The notes: generated by a model not told the origin, from the letters alone. Positions 41,939-51,719 are shown, counted from the first letter of the stretch. The stretch is 64,000 nucleotides of DNA from Syntrophales bacterium (GCA_026416455.1 JAOAFE010000002.1:24212-88211); one strand, 5' to 3'. Numbers and translations are program-made.

Positions 41939-43198
41939 ATGAAATCAAAAATAGAACAACGCCTTGAGACCCTTACAAAAAAGGGTATCAATCTCGATTT
42001 AACTGCAATTAGAGAGGTTCTGGCGCGTCTGAACAATCCCCAAAATTCTTATCCTAGCGTAATTGTGGGAGGCACGAATGGGAAAGGATCGGTGTGTGCC
42101 ACTGTGGCCACCCTTCTTCGGCAAGAAGGGTACAAAGTGGGCCTTTACACCTCACCTCACCTGGTTGACGTCCGGGAACGTATCAGAATAGGTGAAAAGC
42201 TCATTTCTCCAGGGGATTTTAATCGCCTTTTAGACGTAATCAGCGAGGTTGGGGGAAGAAACCTTACTTATTTTGAAATGCTTACAGCCATGGCCTTTGA
42301 GTATTTCAAGGAACAAACGGTAGATATTGCCGTCTTAGAGGTAGGCATGGGGGGCAGATTGGATGCAACCAATGTTGCCACTCCCTTAGTTTCCGTAATT
42401 ACGAACGTGTCTTATGACCACTGTGAGTTTCTTGGCTCTCGTCTTTACCAAATTGCCCGTGAGAAGGCGGGAATAATAAAAGAAGGAGGGATATGCCTTA
42501 CCGGAGTCACACATAAAGTGGCCTGGACTGAGATACAACGTATCTGTCAAGAGAGGGGAGCACAGCTGTTTACATACGGCCGTGATTTTCGGGTGCGTCG
42601 ACGAAGGGCAGAGGGAACCTTTGACTATTTGGGTTTGTCCCGGAGATTCTTTCGCCTTTCCTTTGGCTTGGTCGGTCCTCATCAGATAAAAAATGCAGCT
42701 TGTGCCATTGGAGTTATGGAAATTCTCTCCCATTTCGGTTTTGCCCTACGAGAGATAAGTGTATGGAAAGGGTTAATGAGCGTTCGTTGGGAAGGAAGGT
42801 TAGAACGTGTGGGTTCGGACCCTTTAACTTTGCTTGATGGGGCCCATAATCCGGCGGGTGTCAGGGCTCTAATCGGTGCTTTGCAAGAAGATTATCCCGA
42901 AAGGCGTTTTATATTTGTTTTTGGATGCCTGGCGGACAAAGATTATAAGACCATGGTTCGACTCCTGAAGCCCATGGCGAGGATCATCATCTTTACCAAT
43001 CCTCCGACTGCTCGATGCCTACCGGCAGAAGAGATGGCCATTCTTGCCGGAGAAAACGCCATCGTAGATAAAGATCCCATCTCAGCATTTAAAAAGGCTC
43101 GTCACTATGCCAGAAAAAATGATATAGTCTGCGTCACTGGCTCCCTTTACCTGGTGGGGGCGATTAAGTCTTATCTAAAAAGTGTACATAATGGATAG
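41939..43198 (+). CDS. folC: bifunctional folylpolyglutamate synthase / dihydrofolate synthase
   Basis: 419 aa. Mur-ligase P-loop VIVGGTNGKGSV, EVGMGGRLDATN and DGAHNPAG. Confidence 0.9.
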   Translation: MKSKIEQRLETLTKKGINLDLTAIREVLARLNNPQNSYPSVIVGGTNGKGSVCATVATLLRQEGYKVGLYTSPHLVDVRERIRIGEKLISPGDFNRLLDVISEVGGRNLTYFEMLTAMAFEYFKEQTVDIAVLEVGMGGRLDATNVATPLVSVITNVSYDHCEFLGSRLYQIAREKAGIIKEGGICLTGVTHKVAWTEIQRICQERGAQLFTYGRDFRVRRRRAEGTFDYLGLSRRFFRLSFGLVGPHQIKNAACAIGVMEILSHFGFALREISVWKGLMSVRWEGRLERVGSDPLTLLDGAHNPAGVRALIGALQEDYPERRFIFVFGCLADKDYKTMVRLLKPMARIIIFTNPPTARCLPAEEMAILAGENAIVDKDPISAFKKARHYARKNDIVCVTGSLYLVGAIKSYLKSVHNG

Positions 43199-45632
43199 GA
43201 AAATTGTTCTAAGCCTGTTGATACTTGCCTTCTTGTTTTTTTCCTCCTCATTGAGTTTTGGGCAGGCGGAAAAGTGGAATATCCTGACAGGACACGTGCG
43301 GGATGAAAAAGGCCACCCTCTGGTCGGAGTTTTGGTATCTCTGGTTCGACCTCCTTATGAATACACAATTACGGGTCCACATGGAGAGTTTACCCTGAAG
43401 GTAGGGGAGGACATTCCGGCCTGGGATCTAATCTTGGTGGGAGGTGATTATTCGCCTTTTTATTTGACCGTTCCCATTGGGCAAAAAGAGATCTCCGTCC
43501 AGTTATTTTTATCTCCACCCATCCCTCGCATGGATGTGGAAGGGGTTCCAATTTTAATAGAGGCCGAGAGTTTCGCTTATGAAGAAGAAAAGGATGTCTA
43601 CCGTGCTTACGGCGAGGTGGTTATAACGTTCAAAGGGGAGAGAATGGCGGCTGATTTTGTAGAACTAAGAAAAAAGGCAGATAGGTTCATAGCTGAAGGA
43701 AGGGTTCAGTTAAGGAATGCCGAGGGTGATAAATTAGAGGGAAGACGGCTAGAAATGAGAGTATCCGACAAAATAGGGTTCTTGGAACAGGGAGAGATTT
43801 TCGTGAATCGAACTCATTTTTACCTCCGCGGTCCCCGCCTGGAAAGAAAAGGAGAGTCGACTTACGATGGCGACCAAGTGGAGGTGACGACTTGTGATGG
43901 AGTCAACCCTGACTGGCGTATTACAGCCGAGAGACTTACCGTTACCATCGATGGTTATGGAATGATGAAAAATGGATGTTTTTACGCGAAAAACATTCCA
44001 CTCATCTATGCGCCCTATCTCATCTTTCCAGTTAAGACGACCAGACAGACGGGTTTTCTCTTACCCCATCGTTTGGCATATTCGAGAGATAGATTAGGAC
44101 TGGATTTGGGCATTCCCTTTTTTTGGGCCCTGTCGCCGGATAAAGATGCTACCTTCTATCAGCGGTTCATGAGTCAGAGGGGATTCCAAGAGGGTGTGGA
44201 ATTTAGGTATTTAGCTTCCAAAAGTCAAGGTACGATCTATGCAGAGCTCATGCAGGATCGAAAGAAGATTAAAGAAACGGTGGGTGATTTGACCCGCGAT
44301 TGGAAAGAGGAAAAGACGCGATGGGCCCTTTATTTGAATCAGGAAACTTCTTGGCAGGAAAATCTGTTTTTTAGAGCTGATGTCGCTCGGGTTTCAGACA
44401 ACTTCTACTTTAAAGACTTTACATCCTACAACTACTTCCTCGCCAATTTCAAACCGACTCGAGGTGGTAGTTTTCAAAAGGTCGATTTCTTTGGTAATGA
44501 AAGTCTTCCTTACCTTGAATCAACGATACGATTAGAGAAATCGTGGAACAAGTACGGCCTAACCGTGTTAGTTAAGAATACCCAGGATCTCTCGGTGGCA
44601 TCGAACGGACAGACGTTACAAAAGTATCCTGAAATAGCCTTCATGGGGGTAAAACAGCCTCTGGGTGAGACTCCCATTTGGTTCGACGTCTCAGGTAACT
44701 ACGACTATTTTTACCGTCGAGAAGGAGAGAAAGGACATCTGCTAGACGTTTCTCCTTCCCTCTATCTGCCTTTAAGGATGGGGCGGCATATCCGTTTTAC
44801 TCCATTTGTGGGGATGAGGAGTCTTCTGTGGGCGAAAGGAGATGAATCGAAAGAGGGTACAGGCAAGACAGATCATCGTGAGATATATCTGACTGGTGCG
44901 ACTTTTTCAACCGAACTTAGTCGTTCATACCCGATGGGGGAAGGTAGAAGTATCAAACATACCGTTCAACCGGAGTTTTTTTATTTGTACAGCCCTATTC
45001 CTACCGGAGGGGAAGCCCCCAGCTTCGTACCCACTGTTTCTGCTGGTGGTTCTTTGACCAATATATACAGCCAGACTTTCTTTTATGCCCCTTCCACCAA
45101 GGCGATTACTCCTCTAACGGGGGATTTCAACTTAATCTCCTACGCTATTACCAATTTTTTGAGATGGAAGGATGCGTCTGATTTTTTGCGGTGGAAGATT
45201 GTCCAATATTACGACATTAGGGAGGCACGGCGTCCCGAAGGGAAACCTTGGGGTGATATATTCTCTGAATTGGACATCTCCCCGATAAAATATATCTCTG
45301 TAAGTGCCAGGAATCGCTATGATGTTTACGATACGAGATGGAGAGAGGAGAATTACGCCGTGACCATTAAAGACCAGCGAGGAGATACGGCCAGCGTGAC
45401 TTATCGTTATACAAAAGAGAGCGTCAAGGAAGTGGGTATTAATGTAAAAGCGGTAATGGAGAAGTATCTCGATTTGCGCTTCTATTTTCGTCGTGATTTG
45501 GTGAGCGATAAGGATGTGGAAAAGGGAGTGGGTATTGATTACCGAAGGCAGTGTTGGTCTTTAGGGGTAGATTTTGGCGAAAGTATGAATGACCGTGCAG
45601 TCTCCATCCGCTTTTCTCTTTTGGGTCTATGA
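43191..45632 (+). CDS. lptD: LPS-assembly protein LptD (OstA family) with an extra N-terminal beta-sandwich domain
   Basis: Signal peptide MDRKIVLSLLILAFLFFSSSLSFGQA (ORF track start is GTG 43182). OstA-like segment IEAESFAYEEEKDVYRAYGEVVITFKGERMAADFVEL..., followed by a large beta-barrel region rich in aromatic-ended strands. Confidence 0.85.
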   Translation: MDRKIVLSLLILAFLFFSSSLSFGQAEKWNILTGHVRDEKGHPLVGVLVSLVRPPYEYTITGPHGEFTLKVGEDIPAWDLILVGGDYSPFYLTVPIGQKEISVQLFLSPPIPRMDVEGVPILIEAESFAYEEEKDVYRAYGEVVITFKGERMAADFVELRKKADRFIAEGRVQLRNAEGDKLEGRRLEMRVSDKIGFLEQGEIFVNRTHFYLRGPRLERKGESTYDGDQVEVTTCDGVNPDWRITAERLTVTIDGYGMMKNGCFYAKNIPLIYAPYLIFPVKTTRQTGFLLPHRLAYSRDRLGLDLGIPFFWALSPDKDATFYQRFMSQRGFQEGVEFRYLASKSQGTIYAELMQDRKKIKETVGDLTRDWKEEKTRWALYLNQETSWQENLFFRADVARVSDNFYFKDFTSYNYFLANFKPTRGGSFQKVDFFGNESLPYLESTIRLEKSWNKYGLTVLVKNTQDLSVASNGQTLQKYPEIAFMGVKQPLGETPIWFDVSGNYDYFYRREGEKGHLLDVSPSLYLPLRMGRHIRFTPFVGMRSLLWAKGDESKEGTGKTDHREIYLTGATFSTELSRSYPMGEGRSIKHTVQPEFFYLYSPIPTGGEAPSFVPTVSAGGSLTNIYSQTFFYAPSTKAITPLTGDFNLISYAITNFLRWKDASDFLRWKIVQYYDIREARRPEGKPWGDIFSELDISPIKYISVSARNRYDVYDTRWREENYAVTIKDQRGDTASVTYRYTKESVKEVGINVKAVMEKYLDLRFYFRRDLVSDKDVEKGVGIDYRRQCWSLGVDFGESMNDRAVSIRFSLLGL

Positions 45633-45637
45633 AGAGA

Positions 45638-45665
45638 GGGACCGCAGGCATTGGCCTACGGTCCC
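45638..45665. terminator. hairpin between convergent lptD and the AOR gene
   Basis: GGGACCG (45638-45644) pairs with CGGTCCC (45659-45665) across a 14-nt loop. There is no clear U-tract on either strand. Confidence 0.3.
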
Positions 45666-45674
45666 AGAGTTAGA

Positions 45675-47510
45675 CTAGGGATACAACTGATAGGCCTCCT
45701 TTTCCATACCGAGGGAGAGGAGTTTTTCTTTCTTGGGCTTTCCCGTTTCCCAATCCCAATCCCGGTAGGAGTAGTACTCTCTGAGCATGATTTCCAGATC
45801 AGGTGTCTTTCCCGCCGAGCTTCCCTCTTCAAGAGCCTTCAGACATATTTTTGGTAGTTTATCTTCCGCCCTCGTCAGTCCACGTCGATTATTTATTACT
45901 CTTTTAATTGTAATCGAACGTTCTCCTGCCGTCAAAAGTACCTGGGGATCATAACCCCAACCGGTGATGGCATTTATCGCCTGACAGATGAAAGTAGGTG
46001 TATAAGGAGCGAATTTGCACAGGGTCAATGAATCAAAGAGGTCTTTGAAATTTTGGTATTTAGCCACCATTTCTGCTTTGCCTTCCGAGGCAAAACGGTC
46101 ACCGGGCAGGATGTTGTATTCTGCAATGAAGCTGCCCAGTTCGATGTTGTAGTAATCACCCTTGAGATGGCAGGCTCCTCTGGGTCCTGTGGCATAAGAT
46201 AATGCCATTCCAGAAAAGGCGCGTGGATCGTGCATAGCAACTTCCATTCCTTTGACCTGCGCTGCTTCTTCTGGGTCGCGTCCGAAATGCTCCGCCATCT
46301 TTAACGTCCCCTGAGATATGAGTTTCCCGATCCCCTCCTGACGGATGCTCATCTCTACGAGTTTTACTATTGTGGGACCATCACCCCATTTGATTTCCAT
46401 TCCTGCTTCCTCTTTGGTGAGGATCCCCAGCTCGTAAAGATACATAGCATAAGCAATCGATACGCCTAGGGAAATTGTGTCTATGCCGTGGGCGTTGCAG
46501 AGATAGTTGGCCTCGATGATGGAGTCGAAGTCGAAATTCATACATAGGGGCCCGAAGGCGATGGTGGTCTCATACTCTGGTCCGTCTACTGAATCGATGC
46601 CCGGTCGGAAGTTTTTAACCTCCCGGCCACAGCCGATCGGGCAGCCCACGCAGGCGTAATTTTCCACTACATACTTCTGACGCAAGGCTTGGCCCGTAAG
46701 CTTAGAGGCAGGGAAAACACTTTTTTGGAAGTACTTTACGGGAACGTCGCTTACTGCCATACCTAAATCAGTGTACATGAGCGTTCCATACTCGCGGAAA
46801 GCGGGGGCTACGATGTTTTGTTTGATAGCCGTCATGGCCTCTTTTGTTAGCTCTTTTATCTGTTCGGGTTCGGCGAGCTCAGTTTTCATTTTTCCTGTAA
46901 CGACGATGGCCTTAAGTTTTTTTGACCCCATGAGGGCCCCAAGACCACAGCGCCCTGCGGTTCTTCCTGCATCGTTCATGATGCCTGCCGTTTTAGCGAG
47001 GTTTTCTCCTGCAGGGCCGATTACAGCCATCCCCAGACCGGGTTGATCAATGGCATGTCGGAGACGATCCTGGGCTTCGTATATGTTTCTTCCCCAAATG
47101 TCAGAGGCGTCTCGGAGTTCTGCCTTTCCATTGTCAAGAAAGAGATAAACTGGTTCGTTTGATCGACCGATAATAAAGATGCCATCGTAGCCCGATTGTT
47201 TAAGGCGGAAAGGAAACGCTCCACCGCTCGTTGCCTCTCCCCAGTAACCCGTAAGAGGGGAGAGTCCACCTACAGCATACCTGCTCACCATGGGAATGGC
47301 ACTACCCGTAAGAGGTCCGGTGGCGAAAATGAGAGGACTCTCCGGCGCCAGGGGATCCATCTCTGGGGTAATATGGTCGTTGGTGAGCTTCGCTGCTAGT
47401 GTGGCGCCCCCTACGTACTGCTTAAAAAGCTCTTCCGAAATGGGCATATCTTCCAACTTTTTGGCCGTAAGATCTACACGAAGAAAACGTCCGTGGATTC
47501 CTTTCATCAT
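45675..47510 (-). CDS. aor: aldehyde:ferredoxin oxidoreductase (tungstopterin AOR family)
   Basis: 611 aa. The N-terminus MKGIHGRFLRVDLTAKKLE is typical of AOR_N. Also present are a Cys motif CVGCPIGCGR, and EYETTIAFG and GACHLKGD blocks. Confidence 0.9.
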   Translation of the reverse strand: MMKGIHGRFLRVDLTAKKLEDMPISEELFKQYVGGATLAAKLTNDHITPEMDPLAPESPLIFATGPLTGSAIPMVSRYAVGGLSPLTGYWGEATSGGAFPFRLKQSGYDGIFIIGRSNEPVYLFLDNGKAELRDASDIWGRNIYEAQDRLRHAIDQPGLGMAVIGPAGENLAKTAGIMNDAGRTAGRCGLGALMGSKKLKAIVVTGKMKTELAEPEQIKELTKEAMTAIKQNIVAPAFREYGTLMYTDLGMAVSDVPVKYFQKSVFPASKLTGQALRQKYVVENYACVGCPIGCGREVKNFRPGIDSVDGPEYETTIAFGPLCMNFDFDSIIEANYLCNAHGIDTISLGVSIAYAMYLYELGILTKEEAGMEIKWGDGPTIVKLVEMSIRQEGIGKLISQGTLKMAEHFGRDPEEAAQVKGMEVAMHDPRAFSGMALSYATGPRGACHLKGDYYNIELGSFIAEYNILPGDRFASEGKAEMVAKYQNFKDLFDSLTLCKFAPYTPTFICQAINAITGWGYDPQVLLTAGERSITIKRVINNRRGLTRAEDKLPKICLKALEEGSSAGKTPDLEIMLREYYSYRDWDWETGKPKKEKLLSLGMEKEAYQLYP

Positions 47511-47525
47511 CTCTTCTGCCCTCCT

Positions 47526-48797
47526 TTAAAAATCTATGTCTTTGCCTTCGTAGGCATACCGGAGAATCTTTTCACACTGGGCTTCTGTTATCGGGCGTGG
47601 TGAAAATATCGTGTCTATATCTTCCACACTGTATTTAACCAACAGGGGCATCTGACGCTCGAATTCGTCCTTTGGGATCCCCAAATCTTTCAGATTCAGG
47701 GGTACGTCCAGTGTTTTTAAGAATTCCTTCACGGTTTTTATTAAATTGTCGAAGCTTTCTTCTTCCGTTTTCCCTTCGATGCGCAAGGCGTGACATATTT
47801 CTAGGTATCTGTCACATACGGGTTTATAAAACTGAAACGAATAGGGGATGAACATGCCTACGGCCAGGCCATGATGCACCTTGAAAATAGAACCTATAGA
47901 GTGTCCTAAACTATGGGTTAGAGCACAACCACTTTGCCCGAACCCGACTCCAGCCGCACTCGCCGCCATGAGCATACGATATCTTGCTTCGCGGTCTTTT
48001 CCGTTTTTGTAGGCCCGCGGTAGGTATTTAAAAACCATTTTAATTGCCGCGATGCTCATGGCTTGGGTGAATTCATTGCCGGCTGGTGTGACGGCCGCAT
48101 CCATGGCATGGGCAAGTACATCTAGTCCTGTGCCGACGGTAAGTTTAGGAGGCATGGAAACGGTGAATTCCGGATACAGGATGGCTACATCTGGTAAGAG
48201 GTCGGCATTGGCAATCGGAATTTTTCGATGCGCTTGCGTGTCGTGGAGAACTGAGACCGCCGTACATTCGGAACCGGTCCCACTGGTGGTGGGAACGGCG
48301 ACGAAGAAGGCCTTTTTCCTCAGTCCCAACAGGACAAGAGGACTAACCTGCGATCCGAGGTCCGTAATATCTGGTCGTTCGTAAAGAATCCAAGCGGCCT
48401 TTGCTCCATCAATGACGGAGCCACCTCCGACGGCAAAGATCACATCTGGTTCGAAGGCCGTCATGGATGCGGCACATTCCTTAACATTGTCTATGGGTAC
48501 TTCAGGAAGTGCCTTCGGCCAAATTTCCGTCGTGAAACCGTTGGTGGAAAAGTAGCCCGCCGTTTTTTGGGCATATTTTTCGCTAATTTCATCCGCCACA
48601 AAGAAAGCCCTTTTTTTAGGGGCATGGGCACCGATGAAATCCGCCGTGGAAGGCCCGATTACCATCCCCTCGGGAAAGACATTAAACCCCATGATGAAAG
48701 CTGGTGTTTTAAAAATGCTAGTCATACCTTTGATGGCATCGGCCAAAGCCAAGGGTAAAATGGCCTTAATCCCCGGGTCTTCAAACCAGTAGGTCAT
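47526..48797 (-). CDS. iron-containing alcohol dehydrogenase
   Basis: 423 aa. GGGSVIDGAKA, metal-site His residues (LDVLAHAMDA, CALTHSLGHSIG), and AAGGAGGA upstream on the minus strand. Confidence 0.88.
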   Translation of the reverse strand: MTYWFEDPGIKAILPLALADAIKGMTSIFKTPAFIMGFNVFPEGMVIGPSTADFIGAHAPKKRAFFVADEISEKYAQKTAGYFSTNGFTTEIWPKALPEVPIDNVKECAASMTAFEPDVIFAVGGGSVIDGAKAAWILYERPDITDLGSQVSPLVLLGLRKKAFFVAVPTTSGTGSECTAVSVLHDTQAHRKIPIANADLLPDVAILYPEFTVSMPPKLTVGTGLDVLAHAMDAAVTPAGNEFTQAMSIAAIKMVFKYLPRAYKNGKDREARYRMLMAASAAGVGFGQSGCALTHSLGHSIGSIFKVHHGLAVGMFIPYSFQFYKPVCDRYLEICHALRIEGKTEEESFDNLIKTVKEFLKTLDVPLNLKDLGIPKDEFERQMPLLVKYSVEDIDTIFSPRPITEAQCEKILRYAYEGKDIDF

Positions 48798-48963
48798 GCC
48801 TCATTCCTCCTTTCTTTTATTCTTTTATCTATTATCCCATGAACAGGGGGTTGAAATAAAGTTTTTTTAAAGTGTTTAATAGGTCGGCTCATGGTGCTTG
48901 CCCGCTTAGTAATCAGTCGCTTTTAGCCAGTATCTAGGCACCTCTCTAAATTGTGGAGACTTG

Positions 48964-49362
48964 CTATTTACCTCTATGGGATTGCCCTATTACCCGGTCG
49001 AACTCTTTTTTATTTTTAGGCCACCAATAGTAGAGGAAAGGCCCTTTTGTTTCTTCGTTTTCCACTGTTTCAACAGAACAGGCCATCAGGGCTATCACGG
49101 CACCATAGTGGAGAACGGCCTCCCAGTTAATCATTCTCTTAAATTGAGATTGATAGGCTTTATTAAACTTAGGAGTGCAAAGAGCAGGCAAACTGAAAAC
49201 GGAGGCAACGGTAGCCAGATTACACATTAGTTTTTTGGAATCTTTTAAAATATGTTGTATCCAATCAAATTTTGCTTGGTCGATGAGGACGAAACCCCCC
49301 TTGTAACCTAGTGTTCTCGCCTGTTCGATTACAAGTGCCGTTGTTGCTTTTGGCTTTTTCAT
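48964..49362 (-). CDS. hypothetical protein (no recognisable family)
   Basis: 132-aa ORF with two moderately hydrophobic stretches (LATVASVFSLPAL, HYGAVIALMA). There is no obvious SD. It is favoured over the opposite-strand 89-aa ORF, whose composition is less protein-like. Confidence 0.4.
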   Translation of the reverse strand: MKKPKATTALVIEQARTLGYKGGFVLIDQAKFDWIQHILKDSKKLMCNLATVASVFSLPALCTPKFNKAYQSQFKRMINWEAVLHYGAVIALMACSVETVENEETKGPFLYYWWPKNKKEFDRVIGQSHRGK

Positions 49363-49477
49363 TTTAATATCTTTTTTGATTTTTTACAAAAACTTTAGTG
49401 ATATCAAAATATTTCTGGTGTTTTAGTGAAAAAAATGTTTTACTGTGAAACACATTTTTCGCTCTGGAGGTTCATTG

Positions 49478-51676
49478 ATGAGAAAAGTTAATAAAGCCTT
49501 TAATGTCTTAATGGCCATGTTTCCCAGTTATGAATCATGGCTCATGTTCGTCGGTAGGGAAGAAAACACGGAGGTATTAAATGACTTGATAGATTTTGCC
49601 AGAAGAGAGGGACTACTAACTTTGGGAACGAAGGAAGAGCTGGAAGCCTTGATAAATCAGTTTCCGGGGGTGAGAAGGGTAGAAATGAGGCATTTGCCGG
49701 TCGATTTTGGCGATTTGTTGGAAAGACGCAAGGAATTCTTGAATTTGTCTGTTTCTCTTCGTTCTTGGGTCAAAAGAATAAATGCCCTACTCGATGAACA
49801 TCGTATCCGCCTGCCTAGAATTAGTAATACGATGATCACAAGATTAAAAAAGGAGGCGGCCGATACGGCTTACAAACAGGACGTCTTGAGGAGTATTGCG
49901 TTCTGGATTGGATACGATCGTCCCCAATTGGTCTCGACATGGAATTATGAGGTATTGAGAAAAATATGTGAGATAGGAATAAATGCGGGAAGTAAAGCCT
50001 TTACTCACGGCGTCCGAATTGGTTTTTCTCTCAGTGGGAGGGGAGAAGTTGTAGATCACGAGGTGGTAGGTTGGTTACGCAAAACTCTGAAAGACTATTT
50101 GGAGAGCTCTAAGGACCCATATCTGCATGCGGGTAAGGTTAAAGGCCATGACATTACCACTCTTTATGTAGATTTCCCACGAGAAGAGGGATCTGAATAT
50201 CCGTCTTCATATCGTTATTGTTTGCGCTCGGCCATGTCTTTAGCCCATCAGATAGCGGTGCGATGGTCACTTTCACCTTACTATTCGGAAAAGAGGTTTC
50301 TCGCGATCGGGCTCGCGGGAGGTGACTTTTCGATGGTGGATACACAACTGTTGCCCATTTTGAGTGTTCGCATCCCCGGAGATCCAATAATTCGAATTAC
50401 GGATTTCATCAGACAATGTCTTCTGATAAACGATGTGCGGGTGATCCTTAGCGAAAGGCCTTATGAAGTTTCCTTGTTCAATGGAGAGGTGCTTTTCGTC
50501 TGGTGGGTCCATGCCTTTTGGAACACAATTTATTTCGATTTTATTCCTGAACTTCTTTCCGATCCTGTGTGTGCGACAACGGAAGAGGCCAAATTCAGAT
50601 TAAACCGTCTACTCTTTTACCCTGAAGAGGTGCAGGATAAGAGACCCAACGCCTTAAGCATTTTTTTCCGCTTTCCCTCTAATTCACTTTTAGGTCAGGA
50701 AATTGCTAAAACCTTATACTTTCGGCGCCGCTTCTGGGAAGCCTTGGAAGTTATGAGAGTTGTGGTGGGATTAAATCCCGATGATCCAACAGCTAGAACG
50801 TTTCGCATGGCTATTTATCGTCATCTGGCCCTTTCGGCACCTTCTTGGAAGGCTGCTAATGCGATGTTAAGATTTGCCCTCCATGAGGCTCGTTATGTGG
50901 AAGATCATTGCTCCTATTTGGGTGAGGACTATTACTGTGAATATGCGGGAGTTTATTTGGAAAAGGCGATCTTGGCCTTAAAATTTTGCCGGCAAGATAG
51001 GGAAGGGGATGCCTCCGCATGGCAAGCCATTGTGTTTGATGCCATTCGGGAAGCGGCACTTCTATTTAATAAAGGAATGGCTATCTCTCCCTCGGGTGTT
51101 CGTTCGACTTTTCTCCTCCACCTGACTTTAATCTTACGTGCTGTGCTCAATGACAACCCAAATGTCTTTACCGACGCCCACTGTCCTCTCTATGGTAGAA
51201 GGTCAGTAATCAGACGTGTAACGGAAGAGGTAATGAAACAGGGAGGCTTTGTCCGGGATGACATACCAGGATTCGATACCAATAGATTTGCGGAAGATAG
51301 GATGATTACCAATTTCGAAGTTCACGATGCCGCCGTTGCCTTGGAAGCATATCGACCTACCACCTACTTCTGCCATGCCGTAGCTCTGTGGGATTTTACC
51401 GTGGTCCGTAGAATAGGAACGGCCCGAAGGGTGCACAAGATATTGGGGGAGGCAAAAAGAAGGGCAGAGGCCATGATGAAAAAAGACGTTTGTATTCGTT
51501 CCTATACTCGTTTGTACGAGGAAATCTTACCCGTGCCGGAGTTTGTCTCCCATATGGATAGATGTATTGCCCTTATCGAATCTCGGGTTGGGGAGGGTCT
51601 TTTTAAAGGAAACGACGACGATGTGATTCCAGAAAGAGATGATTACGAACCCCTTCTTATGACCCTTAACTTTTAG
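49478..51676 (+). CDS. large hypothetical regulator-like protein: XRE-type HTH, degenerate nucleotidyl-cyclase-like middle region, helical-repeat (TPR-like) C-terminal half
   Basis: Start set at the ATG 7 nt after GGAGG (ORF track start is GTG 49445). The HTH-like region is FGDLLERRKEFLNLSVSLRSW...ISNTMITRLKKE...LRSIAFWIGYD. The middle has VRIGFSLSG / ITTLYVDFP / RFLAIGLAGGDF / GDPIIRITDFIRQ in the strand order of class III cyclase folds. The C-terminal ~350 aa is helix-rich. Confidence 0.55.
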   Translation: MRKVNKAFNVLMAMFPSYESWLMFVGREENTEVLNDLIDFARREGLLTLGTKEELEALINQFPGVRRVEMRHLPVDFGDLLERRKEFLNLSVSLRSWVKRINALLDEHRIRLPRISNTMITRLKKEAADTAYKQDVLRSIAFWIGYDRPQLVSTWNYEVLRKICEIGINAGSKAFTHGVRIGFSLSGRGEVVDHEVVGWLRKTLKDYLESSKDPYLHAGKVKGHDITTLYVDFPREEGSEYPSSYRYCLRSAMSLAHQIAVRWSLSPYYSEKRFLAIGLAGGDFSMVDTQLLPILSVRIPGDPIIRITDFIRQCLLINDVRVILSERPYEVSLFNGEVLFVWWVHAFWNTIYFDFIPELLSDPVCATTEEAKFRLNRLLFYPEEVQDKRPNALSIFFRFPSNSLLGQEIAKTLYFRRRFWEALEVMRVVVGLNPDDPTARTFRMAIYRHLALSAPSWKAANAMLRFALHEARYVEDHCSYLGEDYYCEYAGVYLEKAILALKFCRQDREGDASAWQAIVFDAIREAALLFNKGMAISPSGVRSTFLLHLTLILRAVLNDNPNVFTDAHCPLYGRRSVIRRVTEEVMKQGGFVRDDIPGFDTNRFAEDRMITNFEVHDAAVALEAYRPTTYFCHAVALWDFTVVRRIGTARRVHKILGEAKRRAEAMMKKDVCIRSYTRLYEEILPVPEFVSHMDRCIALIESRVGEGLFKGNDDDVIPERDDYEPLLMTLNF

Positions 51677-51719
51677 TCCGCTCTGTGATACAGGAAAATT
51701 ATCATTAAGGAGGAGAGCT

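Noticed and set aside
48961-49230. 89-aa plus-strand ORF opposite the 132-aa hypothetical gene
   Set aside because: The sequence looks non-protein-like (Phe/Pro/His runs such as FFIFRPPIVEERPFCFFVFHCF), and the longer minus-strand ORF is the better candidate. Neither is proven, so the minus-strand call is itself given only low confidence.
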